A DNA stretch of 64,000 nucleotides from Tubulanus polymorphus. Lineage: Eukaryota > Animalia > Nemertea. Below, piece after piece: positions 41,601 through 54,100 of the stretch (its first letter is position 1; every line of letters starts with the position of its first letter). The notes under the pieces are model-generated. The model was not told the origin of the DNA and did no database searches. It was given only the letters and a program-made list of their open reading frames with translations. A program made the position numbers and the translations under genes. Where the stretch lies: positions 8,122,001 through 8,186,000 of the forward strand of contig NC_134028.1 in the NCBI RefSeq assembly GCF_964204645.1, given 5' to 3'.

Positions 41601-44600
41601 ATTAATATCAAACAATACACATGAAATAGATATCCTCTCTCCCGACTATAAATTGAAAACAAATCATCCCGAACGACACATACGCAGCCCCAGAGAGGTT
41701 ACATGGCGAAAAAAAAATATTTTTCACCGCGTCACCTCCGGGGCTCCATGGACACAACATGAAATTACAAAATCTATATTCCTGTTTTCATTTTACCTTT
41801 TCACGCTAAAATGTTCAAGCTTTCAAAAGTTTTAGTATACACAATAGAATATGTGGAACCCCTCCCAAAAGAGACTTACAGATGGTTGTAAATCGGAGGT
41901 GAAGCAGTTTTTTCTCTGCAACGGATCTGCTGCCAGAGTCAATTCCTGAAATCGTTTATTAGCGATTGGATCCTTCCAAGTTGACGGCGCTTCTAAAAAC
42001 TCGCGAACGTCCTTTCTGAAAACAAAATATATTGATATACAATGTTAGGCTATTCAATCGCCACAGCGAAATCATTTGCGTGAAGGTGCGTGTATTACCC
42101 CTTTGTATCCCAGATGAAATTCGTAACTTTCGGTGCGTCGAGCATTGTTGTGCAAAAACCGAATGGAACTTTCGGGTAGTAACTAATGAATGATAAACAC
42201 ATTTCCGACGTCGAAGCGTAGTCAGCCTGCAATATATAGACGTCATCAAATAACGGTTTTAATACAATTTTCAACGACGTCATAATATAATTAATGGAAA
42301 AATGTTTTACTAGAATTTTCAACTGAACCCCATGGATCCAGTATGAGGGTACCATGGCTTCTTGTGAATTGCAATTATTCACATCACATGATTAGATTTC
42401 CTTTTATTAACGTATTCTTTATTAAGTTTCTTTTTGCGAGATCACCGAAAACCCTTAAAAATCATAAGATCGTAAATATTTTCTTCGGACGCTTGCGAAA
42501 GGTCCTAGGCAAAACATTTCGATAAACTATGATAATAATGATTTATTTTTCATTAAACTAAATCACAAAATAAGGTTAATTTCTCAATTTGGAATTACTG
42601 AGATGTTAGTTTGACGATGATAGTGATCAGATCATAATATAAACCATGAGCAAAAAAGATGAAATTAATACTGACGAACGTAACATTAGATCTGTCGGTT
42701 GTGTTATACACGCAATCGATTGTCAGCCAATCTCCCTACAAACGAAAGAAGATATAATGTCAAAACATGTTTCCTGTGTCTGTCTTTCTCGACCATGAAT
42801 ACGCATATCGAAATTCATGTCAACTGGTCTGACTCATCCGAGGATATTAATTACCGATTTTACGGCGACCACTTTTTTGACCGGTCGAAATGTTTGAAAG
42901 TTGAAATCATACGTCTCGTCATTCATCACCCAAGGCAGTTCAACGCCGTTCCGGAAGTGACGTGTACGCATCGCCCGAGCTGCCAAATGTGCGTGGTGCA
43001 TCACGCTGAATAAATTCAGTTGCTTTTTTTCATCGCCTTTGATCGTGCTTATCATCTGTTATATACAATAATTTGGTAGATATTTTATTTCGAATGTCTT
43101 GGTTGTAACTTTCGCCATAACTTACATAAGGCTGAACAAATTGATATTTTGTTTCTCCTTTCTGCTAAGTATAAAAGTTGACCCGGCCGGCCGCCTATTT
43201 ATCATGTACATTTAAAAAAAGTCATGATCAAGCTAACCATGACAGACCCGGCAGCTATAGAAATGAACTGATTACAAATTTGATTGCAGTTTATAAAAGT
43301 GAAACAATGAACAATTAGGAGAAACAATGTATCATTTTATTCTAGCCGTACATGATATTTTGGTGTTTAGCTTACCAGTTACTCTTATTGCAGTAATAAA
43401 AGAAAACTGGGTAAGCCTGAATTTCAAAATTGTATTTATAAAAATCCTGGCTGGATTTTATTATGAACTTAAACATAGTCCATGATATTATGAACGAATA
43501 TCAACACATAATCTATTTGGTTCAGCTTGAACGAAAGATGAATCTATGAATTGAACCGTATGTACTTACTGCGTTAACACACTCCGGAGTGCAATGACCG
43601 CGGTATAAAAACCGGTCCTGGCGAGGTGGTATGACAATCGGAATGATATCCTTGTCATTGAACACAGTCTCCGCTCCAACCAACAATATACCAGCATCAT
43701 GAGGTCGTAGATTTGGCGTATGCGTCAATCGCAGATTATACTTGTTAACAACTGCCCAAAAAGGTAATAATGCATTATTGCTATGGACAGAATAAATAGG
43801 AATCCGACTTGCGGTTCTGATAGTTGTTGGTTACGAAACTATAGACAGGGTATAAGGTATTGGTATTTCAAAATGAAAATCAAACCGGTTCCAATGACCC
43901 GTCTCCCAGTCGGAGAATCTTAAGATTTGTCTTAACTTAGTTCGATTTAGGCTATGAGACCTAGGTGTAAAGTATCGTCTGATCTAAATCAATCGTACGT
44001 ACCGTGTTCGCTTTCATATTCAGGATTATCAAAGTGTAACTCAAGGAGATAATGACTGGTTCCAGAAATTGGCATTCCAACTTCTTTCGGGTAGACAGTT
44101 TCCTACAAAGAATCATATGGGTTTCATCATAAAAAAAGAACTTGATGTCGATTCATAATTAAAAGAAAGGTTTGTTTTTCGGTTGGACATACCGAAGATC
44201 CGACACCGATCGTTGCAACGGGCACCTGACAAAGTGACCGCGCTACGCCAAAAATGCCGCCACCTTTACAGTCGCCCTGTATTTGCAAGTATGCGTCGCT
44301 GTAGTTGTCCTTTTTACACTCGTAAAGAACTGTGTGGTGTAGAAATCGCCCGTCGACATCTATTCGTGCCTGAAACAGTACGGTACATCAATCAATCATT
44401 ACTGAATTATTCTTGTTCTCTGAAGATCCAAAAACACCAGAGCTAAGAAGATGTTAGGAAATACCCCTTCCGCCACAAAGTGGTGAAAAACTGGAACTCG
44501 CTTACGGATGAGATAGTGAATGCCCCAGGTCGAGAACTACTAATTTGGACTTCCCGAAATTCACGGAAATTGTTAAATTTTTCCCTTTACCAAAGTGCTG

Positions 44601-46785
44601 ACAATACCTGGCAACTTAAGTGAAACACCGAGGCAGTCAAATGATAGGCCAAAAGGCCTTCTTCAATGACTGCGATTACCATATTCAAACGGATTCTGAT
44701 GAGATATTTCAATATGCATTCCGAACGTACAACAGCGATTAACTGACAAATACACGTAGATACGATGATATCATTTATACCTTGATTATGTGGTTCTTTC
44801 CGGAAACCACGACTTTATGAAACGAACAATGATAAAATGTTCTCGTCTTTGGAATTTTAATCTGTAATTTAAAGAAAAAAACAATATTGGTCGATTATAA
44901 CTAACCGGTAATCCGTTTATCACATACAGTAGACTATCATTATTTTTCACACTTATCACACAACGGAATATATCATAAGATAGCGTTCATTAATTGGCAA
45001 AACCCACCGTTGATTAATTACTAATTCATTCTAGACGGACTGTTTCGGAGTTCGTCTAAACTCCATCATCAGAGGAACAAAACACATCTTAATTCCATTG
45101 ATGATGGAGTTTAGATAAACTCCGAAACAGTCAGACTAGAATAAGTAATGATAATAGTCATCAACTGTGCGTTTTGCTATTTAACTCTAAATACTGAGAT
45201 TAATATCGGTCTAACAGTCGTAGCTCACATTTTTTACTGTCAGATCCTTTGTCTTCATCGCTGGTTCAGGGATAAAGGAAGGCTGTTGGTCGTCGTCGAA
45301 GTAGACGATATTCGATCCTCGGTTGCGCGTTCCGTGATATAAAACACTTTTCACACCGCCGACCGGGTCTTTTTCGTTGTAAGAATATATGACCTTCATC
45401 GCTCCCGTCTATCCGCGCAGAAATAGAGGTGAACATTTCACTCGTTATACAGAAAGAAGATTTATTTGAGTTTTTACTGGCAGAAATCATTCGAAAATTA
45501 TTGGAGACAAAATTTCGAAATTCATAGTAATAATAGTCGGCGACGGCATAATAAACAAACACGTTTTTACAATTGTCAAAGAATGAAATTTTCGGTAAAA
45601 GAACTGACCGTTAACTTTGGAATAATATCAGTAATCTAAAAAATCTGGACAATTCAAAATAGTTTTGATGGATTATATAAAATAACAACTTATTCATGAC
45701 GTAATGTGTATCTTCTAATAAAACGGTTATCATAGTTAGATCAATCTGCAATAACGTTCATTACATAATTTAAAAATGTGCATATTGTGTACTGGAGGAT
45801 TTACTGGAGAGCGTGTTTGATCTTTATTTTTTCGTTCTTTGATTTTTCGTTTCTCTTTTCTGTTCTTCACTTTTTTATCACAAGCCCCTCCAAGTCTAAT
45901 TGTATTTTGTATTTTGCATCTGTTGTAGACTATATTTGAAAATCAAGTATTCAATTCAAATGTATGATGTAGAATAAAAAACGGGGCGGGTTCTATAGGC
46001 TGGGTACTACGATAACCCCATTATCTATAAAACCGGCACCAGGAGAACAGTAAACCACAATTCAATATACACTGACGTGGCATTGCACCTAGCCTGCGGG
46101 AGACCGGACCACTGCGATAAGCACGTACCTCGATTTTGATATCCTGATCGTCACAAGTGTCCAATTGGCGGTAGAAGGTGAGTTGCGTGAAACCATTTTC
46201 CTCCTTTCCTCCCTTCAGGATCCAGTTCGTTTTGTCGTCGAGAACAGGAATTTCATTGCCGACTCCGTGCATATCCTGAAGATAAGACCTTTGAAAGTTA
46301 GACACATGTTAGACACATTAATTCCTTTTATGTGCCCCGGTACTAGTATATACGAATTATACAAAATTGATTCGCAGATCAGATGTACTGAAACAAAAAC
46401 TAATCGATGACAAATGAAACGCAAATTTATGGGTACTTACGTGGAGATAGGCTCTCCCGTCGTGAACCCAACCGATCACGATATCCGCACCTTTCATGCC
46501 ACCATTTCTGGACAACCCGAAACCGACATATCCCGTCGTTTTAACCGTTACGCGAAACGTAACTTGACCGTTGTCATTTGCCGCGCCGTGTTCGTATTTC
46601 CATTCGAGCAGGTATCTCTTCTCCGGGTCCAGGAAATATCGTCTCGGGAACTCTGTCGACGGTCCATTCGTCTGCACCATAGGACTCCGATCCACAGCTA
46701 AGGTTTGCGAGTTTTTGGCATTTTCGGCCGCTCGCAGCGAAAATAGTAGAATTTCAAATAAAGTTAAACGGAATAGGTATTTCAT
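35691..46785 (-). CDS. DBH-like monooxygenase (MOXD1 family) with two tandem DOMON + Cu-monooxygenase modules; ~24 exons, ~1,300 aa; N-terminal signal peptide and C-terminal TM helix
   Basis: Module 1 (46785-41479): signal MKYLFRLTLFEILLFSLRA, DOMON GYVGFGLSRNGGMKGADIVIGWV, FLHHTVLYEC, LELHFDNP, MHHAHLAAR, SEMCL. Module 2 (41298-35691): same DOMON motif, IHHMVLWAC, QTHYNNP, PHSHTAARG, DEMCF, and TM FLIICIVIVLLGVLFFA. The introns I traced are GT-AG and phase-compatible. Confidence 0.9.
36930..37292. mobile_element. MITE (Harbinger-like) in a monooxygenase intron
   Basis: TIR GGCGAATTTATC.CGTCAAAT / ATTTGACGAGATAAATTCGCC, internal TCAAATTTGA repeats; TSD unclear. Confidence 0.65.
39642..39820. 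mobile_element. GCGGATCC-ended MITE-like repeat, related to 12323-12600
   Basis: Ends AAGGGGCGGATCCA / TGCATCCACCTCTG; shared internal blocks. Confidence 0.5.
40371..40656. mobile_element. hAT-like MITE
   Basis: Perfect 14-bp TIR CAGGCCCGTGCCGA / TCGGCACGGGCCTG; no clear TSD. Confidence 0.6.
44420..44680 (+). mobile_element. 3' fragment of a CR1-type LINE
   Basis: Translates to DVRKYPFRHKVVKNWNSLTDEIVNAP (CR1 RT C-terminus), followed by a GCAGTCA...TGACTGC stem-loop typical of CR1 3' ends. Confidence 0.65.
45028..45142. ncRNA. Inverted pair of minimal hammerhead-ribozyme-like motifs
   Basis: ~50-bp inverted repeat (45028-45077 / 45093-45142). Each arm reads (C/U)UGAUGA-U-GGAGUU-loop-AACUCC-GAAAC-A-GUC. 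Confidence 0.55.
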
Positions 46786-48113
46786 GATACGTGTTGCGTC
46801 GGTCTAATGACGCAGCTTAAACAACCGGTTCTAAAATCGAGTATTCCGCAACAGGACAGAGTTATAAAAGCTGGCGTTTTGTGAACCGCGGGAGTCCTAT
46901 TACTGCTTCTTCAACCAAGGAGCGCGTATCTGTTCGCGCGCCATTGTTCATTCGGTCGGTCAGCATCGCATCCCGCGTCATGGCGCTGTTTCGTTTACAT
47001 CGCGCATCATGCATTATGTTTGATTATGCGTGATCACGGACTGCATCGCGGTGAACTTTAAAAATTGAATATAAATGGTCAGCAGGGGACTCTGCACGCC
47101 CGTACTACTGGTCTATACCCCGATGTGCTAAATAGCGACTATGATCGAATCATCAAACTGCAAATTGTATTACATTGGTACATTTTCACGCAAATGCATA
47201 CATATGTAATATGACGGATGGATGGTTTGAAATCTGAACCAGCCGCCAACATAACACATGTTATATCTTTTAGAAAATTGTCACAACATCATTGTAATCA
47301 AAAATTCAACTAATCGCCCAAAACAAATCTGGCATTTTGCCCAAATCAGCCATAAAAATATGAATTTCGAATTGTTGAGTATCTCTATGTATATACTTGT
47401 TTCTAAATCTTTCCACAGTTGTTTACGCCTATGCAAATAATCTAATTAGACATCCTTTTTTTTGGCAGGCCTCCGATTCTTGTACTTCATGTTTAGAATC
47501 GAGGGAGCTGTTCAGAATGTGCCAGGAGGGAAATGTAAGTGGTGTGATAAGGACACCTGGTGCCCCCATGGGCGCGGGCAGCCGTTAGTATCGAAGCTCC
47601 ATTTTGAATTTTTGGACGGCGTCCGGCGTGTGTCTGTTGCCTTGAAACTGTTCTTCGTTGATCAGGGTTTGTCATCCCAGACGGAACCCACAATTGGTTG
47701 ACTGTACTAAGTATAAATGATGGCCGAGACTTTTGGCCTTTTTTGATTATAGAATTTGGATTGTCCCTGTTATTTATTTGGTTGGTAAATTTAGTTTGAT
47801 TTTTTGGTTAAGTGTCCCTTACAGACCCACCACACCTGCCGGGAGCGAAACAGGAGACATTTGGCCTTTAATGAGTATTTCTGTGGTCAGAGTTATCCTC
47901 TGTTGTTGGTTGAGAGCCAAGCAAGCCCTGGCAAGCGATGACATTGTTAGTTACTTAGTTTTTGTCGGTATTTAGGATTACTGCTCGAGCGTTATCAAAG
48001 TTCAAGGTCGCGTGGACCCAGAAGTCTAATTAAATGAAAACAACAAAATTTTTGAAAATTTTGCGGGATTTATTCGCGAGAAACTTTAATTTGTTCGACG
48101 ACAAAAATCTTTC

Positions 48114-51100
48114 ATGACCATGGACGAACAGAGACAGCAGTTTTTACACTGTACTGAAGATCCCGACCCTGATGATTTTATTCATTACATACATCTTCAT
48201 GTAAGCTTTCGTTTTTCCTTCTCTTGACTTGGTTCTTTTGATTTTTGACTACTTTTTTGTTCGAAGTGGCTATATTTACGGCGATGTAAAGCGGTTGTAA
48301 ATTCAATATTTACGACGGTTTAAATTGAATTAGGATAATGGTCTAGAGGGGAGAGGAGTAGTGTCAAGAGGGTGAGAAGAGGGTCCAGAGCCAGAGGGTA
48401 ACAAGAAGGTTTAGGGTCCGTTGTTACCCTGGAGTCTGGACCCAGTTTCACAAAAAGGTTTAACTCTTAAATCAGTTTAATTTCTTCATTAATTCACTTT
48501 ATCTTAAATTGATTTAGGCTTTAATCCTTTTTGTGAAACCGGACCCTGGGCAGCCTGGGGATAGGATTAGGGTAAGGTGAGGCTATATGTAGTTAAAACA
48601 TTCAAATGGTTGGTAAAAGTGCAGATCCGCACCTCTCGTGATTGACGCAATCTACTGAATGACAGTATCCAGGCTAAATCTTTCTAGTGAAGATATATTA
48701 AGATTAACCAATGGCAATGTATGAATTGCTGATGACATTTTGAATATGAAACAATGATATTTAATGTAATTGATTGAACCGTTTACGCGGAGAGGTGCGG
48801 ATCTGCACTTTTACCGAATGGTTTTCAGCAAGCTCAGTGGTCTAGTGGTATGATGCTGCGCTAGTAATTTACTGGCCCAGGTTCGAGTCTCGCTCTATCC
48901 GCCTTATTTTCTCTATTCTCCACACTTGCCATGAAGTTTCTAAGTCGCGCACCCTAGTGCGCATGCGCCACGTGAATTAGCCAATCAGAATGAAACGTCG
49001 TTAATATAGCTAGTGTCATCCGTCTACGGTGTCGTAAAAATAGCCTGAGCGTTTTTTGTTTGTCTTGTTAATCTAATGTTGGCTTGTTGACATTGTTGTT
49101 GTTTGTCTTTATTTTTCTTTCACCCATGCACGGGCACCCTGCACGGATGAGGTAACTGATACTCACTCACTATTATGTCATGGGGTGCAATTTCAGAACA
49201 CAGGCATGTCTCTGGAGATAGCCGCCAGTGAATAATGTAATTTTGATAGCTGCGAAATGAAATCTTTTTAGTATGTCACCCATTATGCCTCTATTTGTTT
49301 CCAGTACTCCTACAGTACTCAAGCCAGCTTAATTTTATTCCCTTTGCCTCCCATTTCGCCTTGAAAATATCTATACTCAAAGTGATTGAAAAGGGCAGAT
49401 CATGAAACACAGTTTCCGTTACTGACCATTGTTTATTCTCGTTTAGCTCAACAGAAATGAACCGTTCAATGCAGTGGAAATACTACAGACCTTCGACCGC
49501 AAATCAGTTGAGCAGATGTGGAACGGATTACAAAATCTCGCGACAACTATGCTGTTTAGTTTCAACGAACATGAAGACTTAGACGATCAAAAACAAGTAA
49601 GAATTTTAGCGAATCGGTCGACATTGCTGTGTGTTTGATAAATGGGGGCAATCATCTAGGAGGCAGTTGTCCTAGGGGGCGATTGTAATAAAACCATTGC
49701 ATTCTCGTAGAAACGAACCAGCAAGAGGAGTATTTGGAAATTTTGGTCTGTTTAACGAAGATCTTGTGATGTTTGTATTCTTTGTAGCAAATAAAGAAGG
49801 CCTCGTTGACGATAGAAGGAGTTCTGATACTGGCTCAAGCAACGATAGAAAACAACGCTCACAATTCGATGCCCGACGGACTCTATCAAACTGCGATTAT
49901 TTTACACAGTACGTTTAGTTCTTTTTTACCGATTGTAAGAATCATGTGTAGCATAGATGTTGAATAGACGTATCCCTCCACTATAAGTCCAAATTGAAGA
50001 TTACCTCGTTAGCCAACATTTGTTAGCGAACTTGTAAGCCAACATTTTTATAAGCTCTTCTTATAGAACTTTTATTTTAAGCCATAGAGTTTCTAATGAA
50101 TCGATTTTAGGCTTCGGTAGATTATCATTTACATTATGATCATTTTATTTCAAGCCTCCTTAACCCTTTCATTGCGGTGTATGAAACTGTGATGGATTTT
50201 GCTAGTACACCGCACTGCGGTGTATTGATGTAATTAGTAATTAGTTTTTATCTCTATTGAAAGATCGATGGCAGCACCTGTCAAACAGTGAAATATTAGT
50301 AACTAATGATATACCGCGGTGTTTACGCACCATAGTGGTATTCCCGTTATTCAACACACGAGGGTGGATTTTTTCGACATATTCAAATTATCTTCAGCAC
50401 TATAGGGTATTGATTAGTCAGCCTTGAAAGGATTAACAAACATTTTTCAATCAAATAGGCTTGTAGAAAAATCATTCAGTTGAATTTAAGTTTAATTGTT
50501 ATGCTTATTAGGGCCTGTTGTTTTAAGGTAAAATCTAAGACTTGACAGCTGTTAAACCTGGATCCAGTACCGCAATATTCTGGTTAATTTGAATAGTGGA
50601 AAATTACCCTAGGGTAACTCCACGTAAGTTCGGAATACATTTATAGAAATGCGATTTTGATCGGTGGATTCCGTCAATTATTAGCAGTAATCGGCAATTA
50701 AGCTCCTATATGTATTTTTGTTTTTTGCCCAAATTATTGTCAAAATCATTTTTTTTGTGGGTTTGAATAGATAAACGCACTGATTTTTTAAGTTTTTTAT
50801 GCCGACGTAATTTCGGAAGCCGCGGTCACGTAAATTCGGAAACCTAACACGTAAGTTCGGAAATGCTCTGTACGCCGATTTAAACGCAGCTTGTATGCTA
50901 TTGAAAACGGGCGATACCATGTTGTTTATGGGGGATATGGGTTATACCAATTTGTTAGGGATGGTAGCATCACAAACCGCACAAATGGCCGTTGGAGGGA
51001 GTTTTTCGTCTAGGTAATTAAGACAAAACATAGATCGCATTTTGTTTAATATTTAATATATATTGCCTATTAGATGGCTTATAACATAAAAAATTCGAAT

Positions 51101-54100
51101 TTCCATGCGCGTTTCAGAAAAATCACGAGCCGGTTTTCATTTTCGATATTCCCTCGGCTTTACGCTACCCACCGTCCCCAATGCGACGAATAGATGTGCC
51201 CAGAAGTCAAACCCGGAAATGATTTGGAAGATTGCCAGATTACGGTGTTTCCACGTGGATTTTGATGGATTAGATAGATGATGTACCGTTATCTTTCACA
51301 CCTAAGCTTTAGATACCAAAACTGTATCTTAACTGTCATACAAACTACATGGTTGTCACGTTGGAAATCAAACGGTGGCCTAGACTGTAAGTGACGGGAG
51401 ATGACTGCTTAATCATGCAAACACGAAGAATGTTTGGCTTGGGAAATTGATCCTAAAATTCATCACACCTGAAAGGAGGACCGTTAGATAAGAAGGTAAT
51501 AAAATGGAAAACTGAGAATGTATGTAGGTCTATTAAAGGCAAAACACTAACAACAGCACATTTTTATTGCACAACTAAATAGGCCTACTGGTGCCGGTAG
51601 GCTAATAAATATTATAAAACATCTTACGACTGTAGAATAAAGAGATAATACATAATCGTAGCCAATAACAGAAATAACTTTAATGATTTAAATAATTTTT
51701 TCTTAACAACAAATACGTGCATATATTATCAACAGTAGGCCTACAGTAAAACATTTATGTACATATGCAAGCAAATAAATCGCAACTTTTCACAAATTCG
51801 GCAGCCCGGAAAACCATCTGAATCCTTGTGTTCACTACTTCTGGTGGTTCCAAGCTGTTTACAATATTTTCAACCGGATGATCTTCTATGAGCTCCACGT
51901 CCGGCCAAACGAACAGATTTTTATTGCAATATTGTTCCAAAAATTGCACCGACATTGTTTCTCCGTCATTCGATATTTCCAGAATCTGCAAATAGTTGAA
52001 TATATAACTATCCGTACATGAATTCTATTTCTCCTTTTTTTCAGTTAAAATTTAGCCGATGAAACATACCACTCCGAAGTAAAGGTGCTTTCTGCCTTTC
52101 TGGCCCTCTTGGTATAGGGCTACATATGAACCTTCACTACAATGATAATTACCCAGTAATGATAGATTATTCATCACTATTAACCAGGTAGGCCTATTAC
52201 ATGTTTTTAAGCTAAGCATGTAGTAATTTACCTTATATTGATCTCGTGAATCAAGTTCACGCCACTTGTTTCAGGCACACTCACAGGATCCTGAAATTCA
52301 GATACACATTGTAGCCCTTCTCAATTTTAAATTCCAAAAAACCTTATTTCATTAAATGTTTAATTTTCATAGGCCTACCTCAACTACACGATTTTCGTTT
52401 TTTTTTTCCTCGACAGGAGACTCCACTGGTCTTGAGGACGCCTGAAATATTTATAGACTAAGTACCTAGCAGGTCAAGAATCATCACCATGTACCGGGAA
52501 ATGAATGAACTCACAACTCGACCGGAGGTTGTCCCTGAAACTTACACTTGTTGCACATTTCTTATTTCTCTCTTGTCGTTCTAATTTCTTGTTTTCTTTC
52601 TCTTCTTTTTTCCGATTTTTCTCGAGAGCTTTCGCATAGGCATCATCTGCTGTGAGGATGAAATATCGTTTCGAATCTTCTGTGCGATTTTTCGAGCGAC
52701 GACTTTCCACAATCGGATATTTTAAAACATCCTTGTCCGAGTCAGCTTGAAAATGAGATTAGAAAGGTAATTTCACGTTCTAACAATTAGTTGAATCAAA
52801 CAGACCCATTTCATTTGAGTCTCACCTGGCGATGATGAATTGTTGAAAATGTTGGAATGAATGTTAATTTCGTTTGATTTCAGGGATTTCCATGCCTCAT
52901 ACAGGGAATCTCCCGCGACATCATATCCCTCATTGTATTGACGTTCAAATTGTATTTTCATTTCAGGTGAGATAACCGACTCCAACGTCTGTAGCGCAGT
53001 ACTATAAGAACGAGAATTGTTCACCGGTAGAGCCTGAAAAAAATATCAAACAGTATAAGTATCTTTCACTAATTTTCAAAAGTTAAAATAAAATATTTTG
53101 AATTGAATTCATTTCAGTTTCTTGCAAATTTATTCAGGTTTATTCAGGTTTTTAAAAGGATATCTTGCATGTAGCAGCTCTCCAAGGACAGAAAAATGCT
53201 GAAACACAGAAGTAATTCTAAAAGTTTGTTAAAGCAATCATAACGCTATCGTCAACTGTTATTAGTGTAACTATGGAACAAAATTCATCAAGAAAAACGT
53301 AAATTTTTCAAATTCTATTGCAAAATTGCATAATTGTAATATGTTACCTCGCTTGGTGGATTTTGATTCAATTCAAATGATTGTATTGGCAATAATGAAG
53401 CAGGATCTGATATCTGAATATAAATAAATGCTAGTCACTTATATATGAGGACATTTTAGCCGATACAATACATATATGAATGTATAACTCACTATATCGC
53501 GAACAGTTGTTGTAGACGGTAAGTACGCCTCGTTTGGTATGGCATACGGGTTGAAAGGAAATATTCCGCAAGACCTGAAACCATTGATAAGCATATCTGG
53601 TGAAATGCTCTGCCAAGCCTTGCGAAATATTTCGAAGAAGCAGCTTTTGTTTATCACTCTCCCCGGGTAATCATTGGAGAATTCTTGACATAAGCGGTTC
53701 CAGCTAGACTTTAAAGTCTTGAAACACGTTCTGTTTATGTAAAAATAAACCATTAATATTATTGCTAGAATATACTACAAAGAGTTAAGAAAAGGATTGT
53801 GGTGTTACCTATCTAGGGGTTGCAGCCAGTGTGATGTATGCTCTGGCAACTCAACTAGAGTGATTTCGTTCTGTCTGGCTAATTCGACTAGTTCTAGGAA
53901 GTTGTGACTATTATGGCCATCTGAAATTAATATTTGTGGACGTGTTTGTCCGATTGCCGGAAGGAAGCTTTCTCGAAACCAAAGTGTGGCAATACCCTAG
54001 AAAATTCAAAGATAAAATACATTTAATGGTTAGAATATGGTGGATTTCAAATAATTGTTTAATATTTTTGTTGTTTTAATAAATACCTGTTTAGTCCACC

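Noticed and set aside
48832-48903. Functional tRNA gene
   Set aside because: Only A/B boxes are present; the acceptor and anticodon stems do not pair convincingly.
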